IMG/VR virus record: IMGVR_UViG_3300045988_053243
Direction: 5' to 3' (one strand)
Length of the DNA stretch: 42,764 nucleotides
DNA from: a virus
Positions within the stretch are counted from its first letter, which is position 1. The number at the start of each line of letters is the position of its first letter. The notes under the pieces are model-generated. The model was not told the DNA's origin and did no database searches. It worked only from the letters and a program-made list of their open reading frames with translations. Below are positions 17,516 through 25,656 of the stretch, in pieces. The translations under genes were made by a program, and so were the position numbers.

Positions 17516-18933
17516 TCAATCTCATCTTCCCCCTCGTCTGTCATATCCTGTGCTTTCGGCAGCATTTTCTTTGCCGTCTCGTCATCCTCATTGAGCCACT
17601 TAGCGCGGAATTCCCAGTCGTTCATAATGCCTGCGTTAAGCAGTTGCATGTCTCGCGTGAAGTCCGTGCTCTTGTCCTCGATGATGCTGTCGTCAAAGTC
17701 AATGCTGATTTCCACATCCTCGTTCAGCCCGGCGTTCATTGCATCATTTCCGAGTCGCAGAATAATGCGGCACAGCTCCACAAGTGCCTGCTCAAGGATG
17801 ATTTCATGCTTCTTGATCGTGCGGAACATGGTGCTGTTTTCGCTGATTACCTGCGTGGCGGTTGCAACGCTTGCGCCGTCGAAGTGGTAATAGCTCTCGC
17901 CGAAACCTGTCTTGGTTGACAGCAGGTTCAGCTGATCTTGAATGCCTCGGTTGTGCTCGCCGGTTCTCAGCGTCATATCAATCGGCTGAATGATATTGCC
18001 ATCCTGTGTGTCCTCCGGCAGCACATAATATGCGAGCTCGTCCGGGTCGAATACCGGCTCGCCGTCAAGGTAATTCGTCGCAGCAGGCTTTACCATGATG
18101 CGCTTTTTGCCGAGCAGGAACTCGTTTACATAGCTGTCATATGCGATATCAACGCCTTTCAGAACGTCAATCGCGTTTGCATAGACCGGAATGCCGAGCG
18201 GAATGTAATAATCAAAGTTGTTCGCGATGTTCAAACGATCAATCACAAACTGCCGCTTGTTCGAACCGGTATGCACAACAGGAGGGATTTTCTCAAACCC
18301 CGGCACGTTCGCAAGGCTTTCTTCAGTCAAACTTTCATTTGTGATTTTGAAAATGCGGTTTTCGATGTCGTAAAAGCCGATTTCATTTCGCTTGTGGATT
18401 TGCAGATAGCAGTAATCCTCGCCTTTCACGGTGGTTCTGCTGTCGAACGCGCATTCCATGATAACGCCGTTCTGCCATGCCAGAGGGAAAATGTGCTCTA
18501 CAGTCACATAATCAATCTGAATGCCGTTTGCTGTGCCTGCAATAGGCTGTTCGCCGTACGACACTGCACCGACAACACGCGGAATGTATGCGACCGTACC
18601 CAGTGCAGACTTCATTTCCTGCATCTCGTTCGCCTTTACCTCGAAGTTGTTCTCTTCAAAGATGCGGTCGACGAACGCCTGTTCTTTCTCGCCCTCCAAG
18701 GTGATCTTCACCTTTTCGTTCATGAGTAGGTTCGCCCAGTCCTCGGCTAACTTCTTCGCCATACCGAGCGTATATCGCTTGCAATGCACGGTTCGGCCGC
18801 AGTTCCGCACCTTGTAATGGTGGAATGACTTCACATCACCCACATACCAGCTGCGCCACTCCGCAACCTTACCGTAAAACTCGGGGGCAATTGTGTTATA
18901 GCCGAGCTCTTTCAGTTTTTCAATGATCGTCAA
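17512..18933 (-). CDS. Portal protein (SPP1 gp6-like)
   Basis: 473 aa directly after TerL, with an acidic C terminus. Confidence 0.85.
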   Translation of the reverse strand: MTIIEKLKELGYNTIAPEFYGKVAEWRSWYVGDVKSFHHYKVRNCGRTVHCKRYTLGMAKKLAEDWANLLMNEKVKITLEGEKEQAFVDRIFEENNFEVKANEMQEMKSALGTVAYIPRVVGAVSYGEQPIAGTANGIQIDYVTVEHIFPLAWQNGVIMECAFDSRTTVKGEDYCYLQIHKRNEIGFYDIENRIFKITNESLTEESLANVPGFEKIPPVVHTGSNKRQFVIDRLNIANNFDYYIPLGIPVYANAIDVLKGVDIAYDSYVNEFLLGKKRIMVKPAATNYLDGEPVFDPDELAYYVLPEDTQDGNIIQPIDMTLRTGEHNRGIQDQLNLLSTKTGFGESYYHFDGASVATATQVISENSTMFRTIKKHEIILEQALVELCRIILRLGNDAMNAGLNEDVEISIDFDDSIIEDKSTDFTRDMQLLNAGIMNDWEFRAKWLNEDDETAKKMLPKAQDMTDEGEDEIE

Positions 18934-20168
18934 GCAATCACTCCCATTCTTCTGTAAACACGCTCAAGGGCGTATCTCGTGGCGTCAATCAGATGGTTCT
19001 TTTCATCTGGATAGCCGCTGATGATCTCGCCGTCCTTGTCGCGCTCATACTCATAGTTCACAAACTCATCATAGGCGTGCGGCGTTCGCTTGCGGTCGAT
19101 GACAAGTGTCCTGCGCTGTAGCCACTTCATGCCGTACTCGACACTGCCGGGACCCTTCACGGCCTCTTTGGCAGGCAGTCGCATAGCGCGGTAGTCTGCA
19201 ACGCTTTTGGGTTCTGCACTGTCGCAGGTGATAAACGTGTCATTATAGCCGCGCTCCATGATAATACCGGCGCTTTCCTCGTTACTCAGCTTGTTTTTGT
19301 ATATCTCATCGATAAAATACACTGTCTCACGCGCCCTGTCGTAGTGGACGCGGATAAAAGCGAACGGGTCGGGGAACCATCCCCAGTCAGCGCCTTGATA
19401 GATATGGTCGAACGTTGCCACCTCATCATCTGTGATTTCTCGCAGTTCAAGGTTTTCAAAGACGTTTCCGCCCGTGCCGACCGGAATGCCGAGGTATTCA
19501 TGCTGATACGCTCGCTCGTTCGTCAGTTTTAGGTGCTCCGCCTCATAGATAAACTGATCGCCTAACCACTCGCGCGGCGCTTCAAGGTACGTGCTGCGGT
19601 GGCAGAGACGGTCAGGGCGTTCTTCTAAACTGTCCTTGTTCGCCCAGTTGTCGCGGCTGATCGGAGGGTTATAACTCTCAAAGTTCCAATACTTATCACC
19701 GCCGCGCATTGTAGACTGCAAGATCGTTCGGATTTCCGCGCGTCCTGCGAACTGGTCTTTTTCCTCGAAATGCGTAACAGCAATATAGCCAAACGGAACC
19801 TTGATTGACTTGATTTTCATCGGGTCATCAGCGCCGCGAAACATGATTTTCTGTCCGGTTGGGCGATATATCAGCTCCATCGGCGATACCTTCGCGTCCC
19901 AGTAGTCAGCCATGCCCAACTCACCGATTGCCCACACATACTGCGCATATACGCTGTCGCGGATGGTGTTTGCAACCTTGCGTAACACAAGCGCATGCGT
20001 TCCGGGGTTGTGGATAAGCAGCAGCGGAACGACAATCGACACAAACGACGATTTCAGCGAGCCACGGCCGCCGCTCTCATCGTAATGTGTGTGTCCATGC
20101 TCGAATACATCGTGCGCGACAGGGTAAAATGCAGGGCCGATTACCTGAGATAGTTTTAACTCAGACAT
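18930..20168 (-). CDS. terL: Terminase large subunit
   Basis: 412 aa. It has a Walker-A-like segment GGRGSLKS near the N terminus, a C-terminal nuclease-type region, and overlaps TerS. Confidence 0.9.
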   Translation of the reverse strand: MSELKLSQVIGPAFYPVAHDVFEHGHTHYDESGGRGSLKSSFVSIVVPLLLIHNPGTHALVLRKVANTIRDSVYAQYVWAIGELGMADYWDAKVSPMELIYRPTGQKIMFRGADDPMKIKSIKVPFGYIAVTHFEEKDQFAGRAEIRTILQSTMRGGDKYWNFESYNPPISRDNWANKDSLEERPDRLCHRSTYLEAPREWLGDQFIYEAEHLKLTNERAYQHEYLGIPVGTGGNVFENLELREITDDEVATFDHIYQGADWGWFPDPFAFIRVHYDRARETVYFIDEIYKNKLSNEESAGIIMERGYNDTFITCDSAEPKSVADYRAMRLPAKEAVKGPGSVEYGMKWLQRRTLVIDRKRTPHAYDEFVNYEYERDKDGEIISGYPDEKNHLIDATRYALERVYRRMGVIA

Positions 20169-20478
20169 CGATAATCACCTTCACGCCTTCGCTTTCGATC
20201 TTTTCCTCTACTGTGTCGCGCTGTCCGAGGTACTGCTTGCCCAACCAGATAAGCATCTGGATGTTACCGCCACGAGCAGCGTTAAACTGCCAGTGTCGCA
20301 GGCTCAGTTTCATTTCTGCAACGCCTTTATAGTAAGCCTCGGTCACTTCCTTGCGATTGTGAAACGTCGCGCGGGAGAACCCAAGCGCCTTTGAAATTTC
20401 TTCTTGTGTATTGCCCTCGCTCGCGAGCTCCTGCACAGCGTCAAGGTCAATAGCTTTCTTCGGTCTGCCTCTAGGCAT
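20161..20478 (-). CDS. terS: Terminase small subunit (HTH type)
   Basis: 105 aa. The N terminus carries an HTH (MPRGRPKK...NTQEEISKALGFSRATFHN). The position and overlap with TerL fit. Confidence 0.8.
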   Translation of the reverse strand: MPRGRPKKAIDLDAVQELASEGNTQEEISKALGFSRATFHNRKEVTEAYYKGVAEMKLSLRHWQFNAARGGNIQMLIWLGKQYLGQRDTVEEKIESEGVKVIIDV

Positions 20479-20494
20479 CTTCTAACCTCCTTTC

Positions 20495-20531
20495 CTCAAA
20501 AGAAAAGCACCGGGCAAAACCTCGGTGCTTT
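20495..20531 (-). terminator. Intrinsic terminator about 20 nt upstream of the terS RBS
   Basis: On the minus strand: aaagcaccg/aggttttgcc/cggtgcttt followed by tcttttga. Confidence 0.6.
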
Positions 20532-20551
20532 ATCTGTTGAGTTGTATTTGC

Positions 20552-20674
20552 TTAGGTCGAGGACGAGCGAGCGCCACGAGCGCCAGCCGCACGACGGCCA
20601 ACCGCTACGCTACGGCGACGATTGCCAACGCGACCACGGTTCGCAAGTCTGCTACTACCATAACCACTACCCAT
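20552..20674 (-). CDS. Arg/Gly-rich 40-aa micro-ORF between two terminators
   Basis: RBS ggaggtg followed by ATG. The product is MGSGYGSSRLANRGRVGNRRRSVAVGRRAAGARGARSSST. Coding status is uncertain. Confidence 0.35.
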   Translation of the reverse strand: MGSGYGSSRLANRGRVGNRRRSVAVGRRAAGARGARSSST

Positions 20675-20699
20675 GCCTTACACCTCCTTTCGGGTATGA

Positions 20700-20729
20700 A
20701 AAAGGACTATCCGCAAAGATAGTCCTTTT
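20700..20729. terminator. Bidirectional intrinsic terminator
   Basis: 11-bp perfect stem aaaaggactat/atagtcctttt. T runs follow on both strands, immediately after the stop at 20738. Confidence 0.7.
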
Positions 20730-20737
20730 CGTCTTTT

Positions 20738-21103
20738 TTACTCATCTATGAGCCTGCTCAAGTAATCTTTTGAGCCTTTGCCGATACGCGCAAACCGCAA
20801 ATCCTCGGTTTTAACCGGTCTTTTCACCGCTCGCGCGAATTCTTTTCCTTCGATATACTTCAAATCGCCGTCAAACTCCAGAGACTCCAAAAATTCCTCT
20901 TTCTGCGCACGGCTGGTGAAGCAGATGCAGCACCAGTATTCGGTGTCGCACATATCCTTAAATCGCTTATTCTCAGCGCCCATGCGCTCACGGAAACTCT
21001 TTTCTACGTCCCCCAGCTCATCGAGGCACTCGCTTTCGAGCTGCTCTAATTCAATGTGATCGTCTTTTGTTTCCTTAACTTCGTTGTCGTTCCAATATCC
21101 CAT
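20738..21103 (-). CDS. Hypothetical acidic protein
   Basis: ATG 21103 overlaps the upstream stop in a TAATG arrangement. 121 aa. No family recognised. Confidence 0.6.
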   Translation of the reverse strand: MGYWNDNEVKETKDDHIELEQLESECLDELGDVEKSFRERMGAENKRFKDMCDTEYWCCICFTSRAQKEEFLESLEFDGDLKYIEGKEFARAVKRPVKTEDLRFARIGKGSKDYLSRLIDE

Positions 21104-21810
21104 TACAGCTCGCCCCTTCTGAATAACTCCAGTTCCGCCAGCGGGAACCATGTGATGATCTTTTCGTAGTCCCGCGGGAATTTCTCCTTGATCGGCTTCA
21201 GAAACCGATAATCAATACCATCGAACGTTCTGCCAAACAGCTTATAGTCTACCGGCAACCGAACACCGCTAGCATCAAATTCGCGCAGCAAGTCGGCTTT
21301 TACCCAGTCGAACACCGGATAGAACCGTTTTGCATTGTGGTTGATCGCTCCATGTGTTTTCATGGCAATTCGCCGCATAGGGCTATCTGCCATTCTAACG
21401 CCGGTCGCAGTGTATACGCATTCCGGCAGGCGCTTACATTCGCGGATGATCTCGCCAATTTCGGCATCATCATATTCTTCGCCGGGCAAATCCAGCGCCT
21501 CAATCTTGGTTACATGCTCAGGCGACTGGAATACCAGATTACGCAGCATGCGGTACAACGATCTGTGCGGCAGTCTGTAAATGTGAGTACCGAAAAAATC
21601 CTCATAGTATGCGAGGCTGTTTTCGACGAATTCCAGACCCGGCACAGTGTAACAATAATACGGGATTACATGCTTGAAATACTTTCTCAGCTGCAACCAC
21701 GCCGCAATGCTGTCCTTACCTGTGGAAAATGCTAAGATCGCGGTATCGCATTCCTCTGCCATAGTACGGCAAAGGCTTTCGCCGCTGCTTGCATCTACTC
21801 TATCATACAC
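21103..21810 (-). CDS. PAPS reductase-family (PP-loop ATP pyrophosphatase) protein
   Basis: AILAFSTGKDS matches the SGGKDS-type PP-loop. GTG 21810 lies 10 nt after gaggagg and overlaps the RHH stop (TAGTG). An alternative ATG is at 21762. Confidence 0.7.
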   Translation of the reverse strand: MYDRVDASSGESLCRTMAEECDTAILAFSTGKDSIAAWLQLRKYFKHVIPYYCYTVPGLEFVENSLAYYEDFFGTHIYRLPHRSLYRMLRNLVFQSPEHVTKIEALDLPGEEYDDAEIGEIIRECKRLPECVYTATGVRMADSPMRRIAMKTHGAINHNAKRFYPVFDWVKADLLREFDASGVRLPVDYKLFGRTFDGIDYRFLKPIKEKFPRDYEKIITWFPLAELELFRRGEL

Positions 21811-22010
21811 TACGCTTTGTCCTCCTCTTTGTCTCGCTCCATCTGGCAATCAATCGCACGGGCGATAAAGCCATTCACGCTTTCGCTCCGGCCTTCCACA
21901 TGGGATTTGATCTCTTCTTTTTTGCCTTTCGGCAGGGTTAAATTAACCCGGTCATAAGCCTTGTTGATGTACTTATTGGTTGCTTTCTGCTGTGCCTTGC
22001 TGGATGGCAT
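21810..22010 (-). CDS. Ribbon-helix-helix (Arc/CopG-like) regulator
   Basis: ATG 22010 follows aggagg. The 66-aa product MPSSKAQQKATNKYINKAYDRVNLTLPKGKKEEIKSHVE...GFIARAI fits an RHH pattern. Confidence 0.6.
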   Translation of the reverse strand: MPSSKAQQKATNKYINKAYDRVNLTLPKGKKEEIKSHVEGRSESVNGFIARAIDCQMERDKEEDKA

Positions 22011-22035
22011 ATAACAGCACCTCCTAACGATAGCT

Positions 22036-22141
22036 ATTATACGCCTCAGATATGTTTGTGTAAATATACATAACCCACAAATATACTTGCGCAAATATAG
22101 TTATTTTGCCCATTGCTATACTTGCGCAAATATATTATACT
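22036..22141. promoter_or_regulatory. Divergent promoter region with two 18-bp operator repeats
   Basis: tatacttgcgcaaatata occurs at 22082-22099 and 22117-22134, with a palindromic core TTGCGCAA. The minus promoter is TTTACA (22064-22059), 17 bp, TATAAT (22041-22036). The plus promoter is TTGCTA (22113-22118), 17 bp, TATACT (22136-22141), with operator 2 in the spacer. Confidence 0.6.
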
Positions 22142-22189
22142 ATAGTCACAGTAAAGGAAAACACAAAAAACAATTTGGAGGTACACACC

Positions 22190-22387
22190 ATGACTGACAT
22201 TCTCACTACTCTCGACAACCGCTTCTGCGGTAAGTACACTAACTGCATCGGCTGCCCGCTCTATGACGCCTGCTGCCTCTGCAGATGCATTCCGGCCGAC
22301 GCTTGGAGGAAGCCGGACGAAGAGATCGAACAGCTCTTCCGGAAAGGTCTCACGGAAGCCCTCGCCGCTTACGACGCACAGCACTAA
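22190..22387 (+). CDS. Cys-rich small protein (65 aa)
   Basis: RBS ggagg plus ATG 22190. The sequence MTDILTTLDNRFCGKYTNCIGCPLYDACCLCRC contains seven Cys in the first 32 aa. Confidence 0.65.
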   Translation: MTDILTTLDNRFCGKYTNCIGCPLYDACCLCRCIPADAWRKPDEEIEQLFRKGLTEALAAYDAQH

Positions 22388-22450
22388 CGGTTCTCGCGGG
22401 TTCACCCTTAAAGCCCGCACCCATCAATTTTTATTTGGAGGTACAAACCA

Positions 22451-22992
22451 TGAACACCATCAAGCACACCGAGTACAAACACAACGGCCGCCGCGTTATC
22501 CTCGACACCTGCGAACTCGCGCCGGGCAAATACGAGACTATGCTCCTGTACCCCAACGGCCACGAGATTGCCTGCCGCACGGCGCGCACCGAGGCTGATG
22601 CACTGGCAGACTTTGACGAGCTACTGACCGCCTACCCGGCAGACACCAAGCCCGCAGCACCCAAGCCGCTTACCGGCAAGTACGCCAAGCTCCGCGACGA
22701 TCTGATCAAGGCTCACGCAGTCGCCCTTGACGCAGCCGCACAGGTAGAGGACGGCGGCACCTGCAATTTAGATGCGCCCTCGCTTTTACTCCCGCGCTGG
22801 CAGTCCGCCAAGGTCAAGCAGGCTTGCGAGGAGGCCGGCGGCGATTACTTCCGCTGGGGCTACTCCAACCGCTATGTTATCTGTTTGCGACTTCCCGGCC
22901 AGGCATACAAGCGCGAGACCGCAGCCGAGGCCATGACCAAGGCGCTTACCGCTATGGGTTATGATGCCCTTACATACTGCGCCATCGACTAA
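22451..22992 (+). CDS. Hypothetical protein (180 aa) of a mobile-element-associated type
   Basis: RBS ggagg plus ATG 22451, in the same upstream context as the preceding gene. Motifs DGGTCNLDAP and GQAYKRETAAEAM..GYDALTYCAID are present. Confidence 0.65.
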
Positions 22993-23070
22993 CCCCTCGA
23001 CAAACCGCCCAATCTGCGGTACAATAACAACAACCCGCCCCGGAGGAACGAAGGCAGAAAGGAAACAACC

Positions 23071-23337
23071 ATGAAAACCGCACAGAAATCCGTACATTTT
23101 ATCCAGCACGTGGGGACATCCTCCTTCGGAAACTTCCCCATTCCCGAGGGTTTCGGCTTGTACTTCACCAAGTACAACCCGGAGACCGGCGAGGGCCACG
23201 GTTGGTATGGTACAGCCACGGAAAAGGCGTACCATTTCGAGCGAAAGATCATCGGCGGCACACTCATGCAGCACGAATGCGGCTATGGCCGCGGCTGCTT
23301 TTACAACGAGTGGAAGGATGCGTCGTGGGGTGTGTAA
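23071..23337 (+). CDS. Hypothetical protein (88 aa)
   Basis: ORF with an aaagga RBS; last gene of the plus-strand cassette. Confidence 0.6.
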   Translation: MKTAQKSVHFIQHVGTSSFGNFPIPEGFGLYFTKYNPETGEGHGWYGTATEKAYHFERKIIGGTLMQHECGYGRGCFYNEWKDASWGV

Positions 23338-23393
23338 GGCGCATCCCACGCTAACCAGTCACCCGCCCCGATGTACCTTTTGATTTCATCACT

Positions 23394-23440
23394 AAGTAAA
23401 AGCACCTTCCCGAAGCCATCCCGGGTAGGTGCTTTTACTT
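23394..23440. terminator. Bidirectional terminator-like hairpin
   Basis: 14-bp perfect stem aagtaaaagcacct/aggtgcttttactt plus an inner cccg/cggg helix. An A tract lies upstream and a T tract downstream on both strands. Confidence 0.6.
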
Positions 23441-24290
23441 ATGCAATTGGAGGTGCAGCCACACGGAATCGCACCGCGTATCAACTTTTTGGCTGCATGT
23501 ATACCCCTTTCGGGGTATGTGCGCGTATCGCTGCGCCTTGCGTCCGGCTTTACGGACGGTTTCCCGGCTTGCGCTCAGGGGCTGCTACAAAATAGGACGT
23601 TCGAATTTTGAACCCCTCGCGCGCAGTTATCGGCCTGCAAACCGGCGGACTTTCACCGCAGGGCGCTACCCCGTTGCAGGGAATTACTCCCTGATACACG
23701 TGCTGCTGCGCTGTGTACTGACGCTTTGGCCCTGCGCAAGGCCTGCCGGGCAGTCCGGCAAAGTTCGCAAACAGATGCCCGTCTTTCCGGGCCGTCAGAA
23801 TAGGTGTCAGCGCGCCGTTCCGTAAGCTGCGCCCGCGCCCGTCTTTCCGGGCTGTCAGATTATGGGCAGCCGTTCGGCTGTCTTTTTTTGCCCGCTCACC
23901 CTCATGCAGGCTTTGCGAGCAGATCGCCTTGCACATTGTTTCCGTGCAAGGCTGCGGATACAGAATTCGCCATATGCCGTCACTGCATTCTGTCACTCCG
24001 CCGCCCTCATGCAGGCTTTGGAGCATGTGCGGCATCTCTGCCGCGTTTCCTTGAACTGTATTCCCAAGAGTCAAAGAGCCCGCGCGCCCTCGTGCAGACG
24101 CGGCGGACAGATCGAGACGGTTTCCCGTCTCATTAGGGAATGCTTGGGCGAAAGGAAGTGTGAGCCCCTCCGGCCTCGTGCAGCCTTCGGAGCGTGTCCC
24201 CCGCCGAAGCAGGGGAGAGAATTAGGAGGACATAACCGGAATTTATCAACCCGTGAATGCCGTGGTTTTGCTCCCTTGGAGCTCTTCCAC
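23441..24290 (-). ncRNA. Candidate large structured non-coding RNA (class undetermined; strand call tentative)
   Basis: No credible ORF. At least 10 perfect short helices are present. On the minus strand the loops read GAAA, GAGA, GAAA and C(UUCG)G, and one helix needs a minus-strand-only U-G pair. There is a fourfold ccctcRtgcag motif, a 60-nt tandem duplication and a putative extended -10 at 24305-24297. Confidence 0.45.
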
Positions 24291-24307
24291 GATACTATTG
24301 TATCACA

Positions 24308-24721
24308 TTATTGCGTATTGTGGGGTATTAACTTATCCACAGCATTCAGCGCCATTCTGTGCATGTAACCCTTCACGTGCGCCTCGCTGTAATGCAGCCG
24401 CCGCGCCGTCTGTGCCCATGTCGCGCCGTTCACGTACCGTTCAAGCAGGAGCGTTTGCAGCTCGTTATCCCGCATTTCGCCCAGCACGCGCACAATCTCG
24501 CCGTATATCTCCGCAAGCTGGTTTTCCTTCTCTGCGATCTTCTCGCCCAGTTCGATATAGGGGTCCGCCTTGTTCCCCGTGCTCCCTTTTCCGCCCGGCG
24601 TATCCCTTACCGGCGCGGTTGCGCCCGTTGCCCGTGCATAGGCGCGTTTCCGTGCCTCCTGCAAAGCTGTAATCGTCTTTTCCAGTGCGCGCCCGCGCAT
24701 CAGCCATTCTTTTGCCGTCAT
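24308..24721 (-). CDS. Sigma-70 region-4-like late transcription regulator (ArpU/RinA/DUF1492-like)
   Basis: ATG 24721 follows gaggag and overlaps the upstream stop (ATGA). The C terminus LLERYVNGATWAQTARRLHYSEAHVKGYMHRMALNAV is an HTH pattern. Confidence 0.65.
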   Translation of the reverse strand: MTAKEWLMRGRALEKTITALQEARKRAYARATGATAPVRDTPGGKGSTGNKADPYIELGEKIAEKENQLAEIYGEIVRVLGEMRDNELQTLLLERYVNGATWAQTARRLHYSEAHVKGYMHRMALNAVDKLIPHNTQ

Positions 24722-24966
24722 CGACTTGTAATCTCCTCGGTGCTTCCGTCGTGTTTGAAAGCTATCCGTCTGCGGTAGCTTTCTGTTCTTTTGGTACACC
24801 CTTCTCCCGGCTCGCATCCCCTTGAATGCCGGTTAACTAATGCGTAGTGGCACGCCCACAGCTTCAGATTTTTATAGTTTCCGAGCGTCCGCCAGTAAGC
24901 GCAGTTCCGGCACGGCGTATCTCCATAATAAGTAACGCCGGATTTCCTCGCTGTATTTTTAGTCAT
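24718..24966 (-). CDS. Hypothetical Cys-containing protein
   Basis: 82-aa ORF with CRNC...C...C...C spacing, in an operon context. Confidence 0.55.
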   Translation of the reverse strand: MTKNTARKSGVTYYGDTPCRNCAYWRTLGNYKNLKLWACHYALVNRHSRGCEPGEGCTKRTESYRRRIAFKHDGSTEEITSR

Positions 24967-25348
24967 GCGACGTCACCGTAACCGGAATGATCATCTCCGG
25001 CAAGAAATTCACCTCGTAGTGGAACTTGTCCACGTAAGCGCCGCTGACGTCCTCTACAACGTAGATCGTCCAGTCGTTGAGGTACACAAGGTGTTTCTTG
25101 TAAACGCCCTGCCCGGTCTCGACAGTCACCTCCAGCTCGTTCTCGCTGTTGTTCGAGATAGCGAAGTTGCCGATCAGCTCAAACACCGGCTTGTCCGTAC
25201 GCGCGTTGATGACTTCCAGACGGCGCGTGACGTTGAAATTGTCCGCCTCCTTCGAGATGTTGTACGCAACACGACTGCTTTCCCGGCACGCCGATAAGCT
25301 GCACATCATCGCACCGCAAAGCAGTGCCGCCGTGATTTTCTTGTTCAT
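24959..25348 (-). CDS. Lipoprotein
   Basis: The signal peptide MNKKITAALLCGAMMCSLSAC carries a lipobox (LSAC). Confidence 0.7.
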   Translation of the reverse strand: MNKKITAALLCGAMMCSLSACRESSRVAYNISKEADNFNVTRRLEVINARTDKPVFELIGNFAISNNSENELEVTVETGQGVYKKHLVYLNDWTIYVVEDVSGAYVDKFHYEVNFLPEMIIPVTVTSHD

Positions 25349-25656
25349 TTCTGTCCACCTCCATAATGTTCAACAATATACTGGTTCGCCATGGTTTCCG
25401 GCGCGGTCTTCCACGCTGCAAGCTCATGCGCCTCAGCTATCAGCATCGCCACAGCAATTACCACAATCGGAAACAAAGCTCCCACAAAGGAAATGTCCTG
25501 AATCGCCATCCGGATAAAGCCCACAGTCGCCGCCAGAAACACCAGTACAACTACCACAGTGTAAAACGTATGCCATGCCGTCTGCTTGATGATTACCTCC
25601 TGCATCAACGTTTCCGCGCTGGCCCCAAGGTTCTGCGCCACCTGTTCAACCGTCAT
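25345..25656 (-). CDS. Membrane protein (2 TM)
   Basis: 103 aa with two long hydrophobic segments. Confidence 0.6.
   Translation of the reverse strand: MTVEQVAQNLGASAETLMQEVIIKQTAWHTFYTVVVVLVFLAATVGFIRMAIQDISFVGALFPIVVIAVAMLIAEAHELAAWKTAPETMANQYIVEHYGGGQK

Noticed and set aside
23550-24074. 174-aa minus-strand ORF inside the hairpin-dense block
   Set aside because: It starts at TTG with no RBS. Its apparent motifs (QSLHEG x2, LTARKDG x2) are just translations of the DNA repeats, and its composition is not protein-like. It is treated as a chance open frame in GC-rich structured DNA.
23899-24183. Hammerhead-like ribozyme core in the fourfold CUGCAYGAGG motif (minus strand)
   Set aside because: It resembles CUGAUGA only superficially because of an extra C. 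I could not place the GAAA and cleavage-site elements in the required three-stem arrangement.
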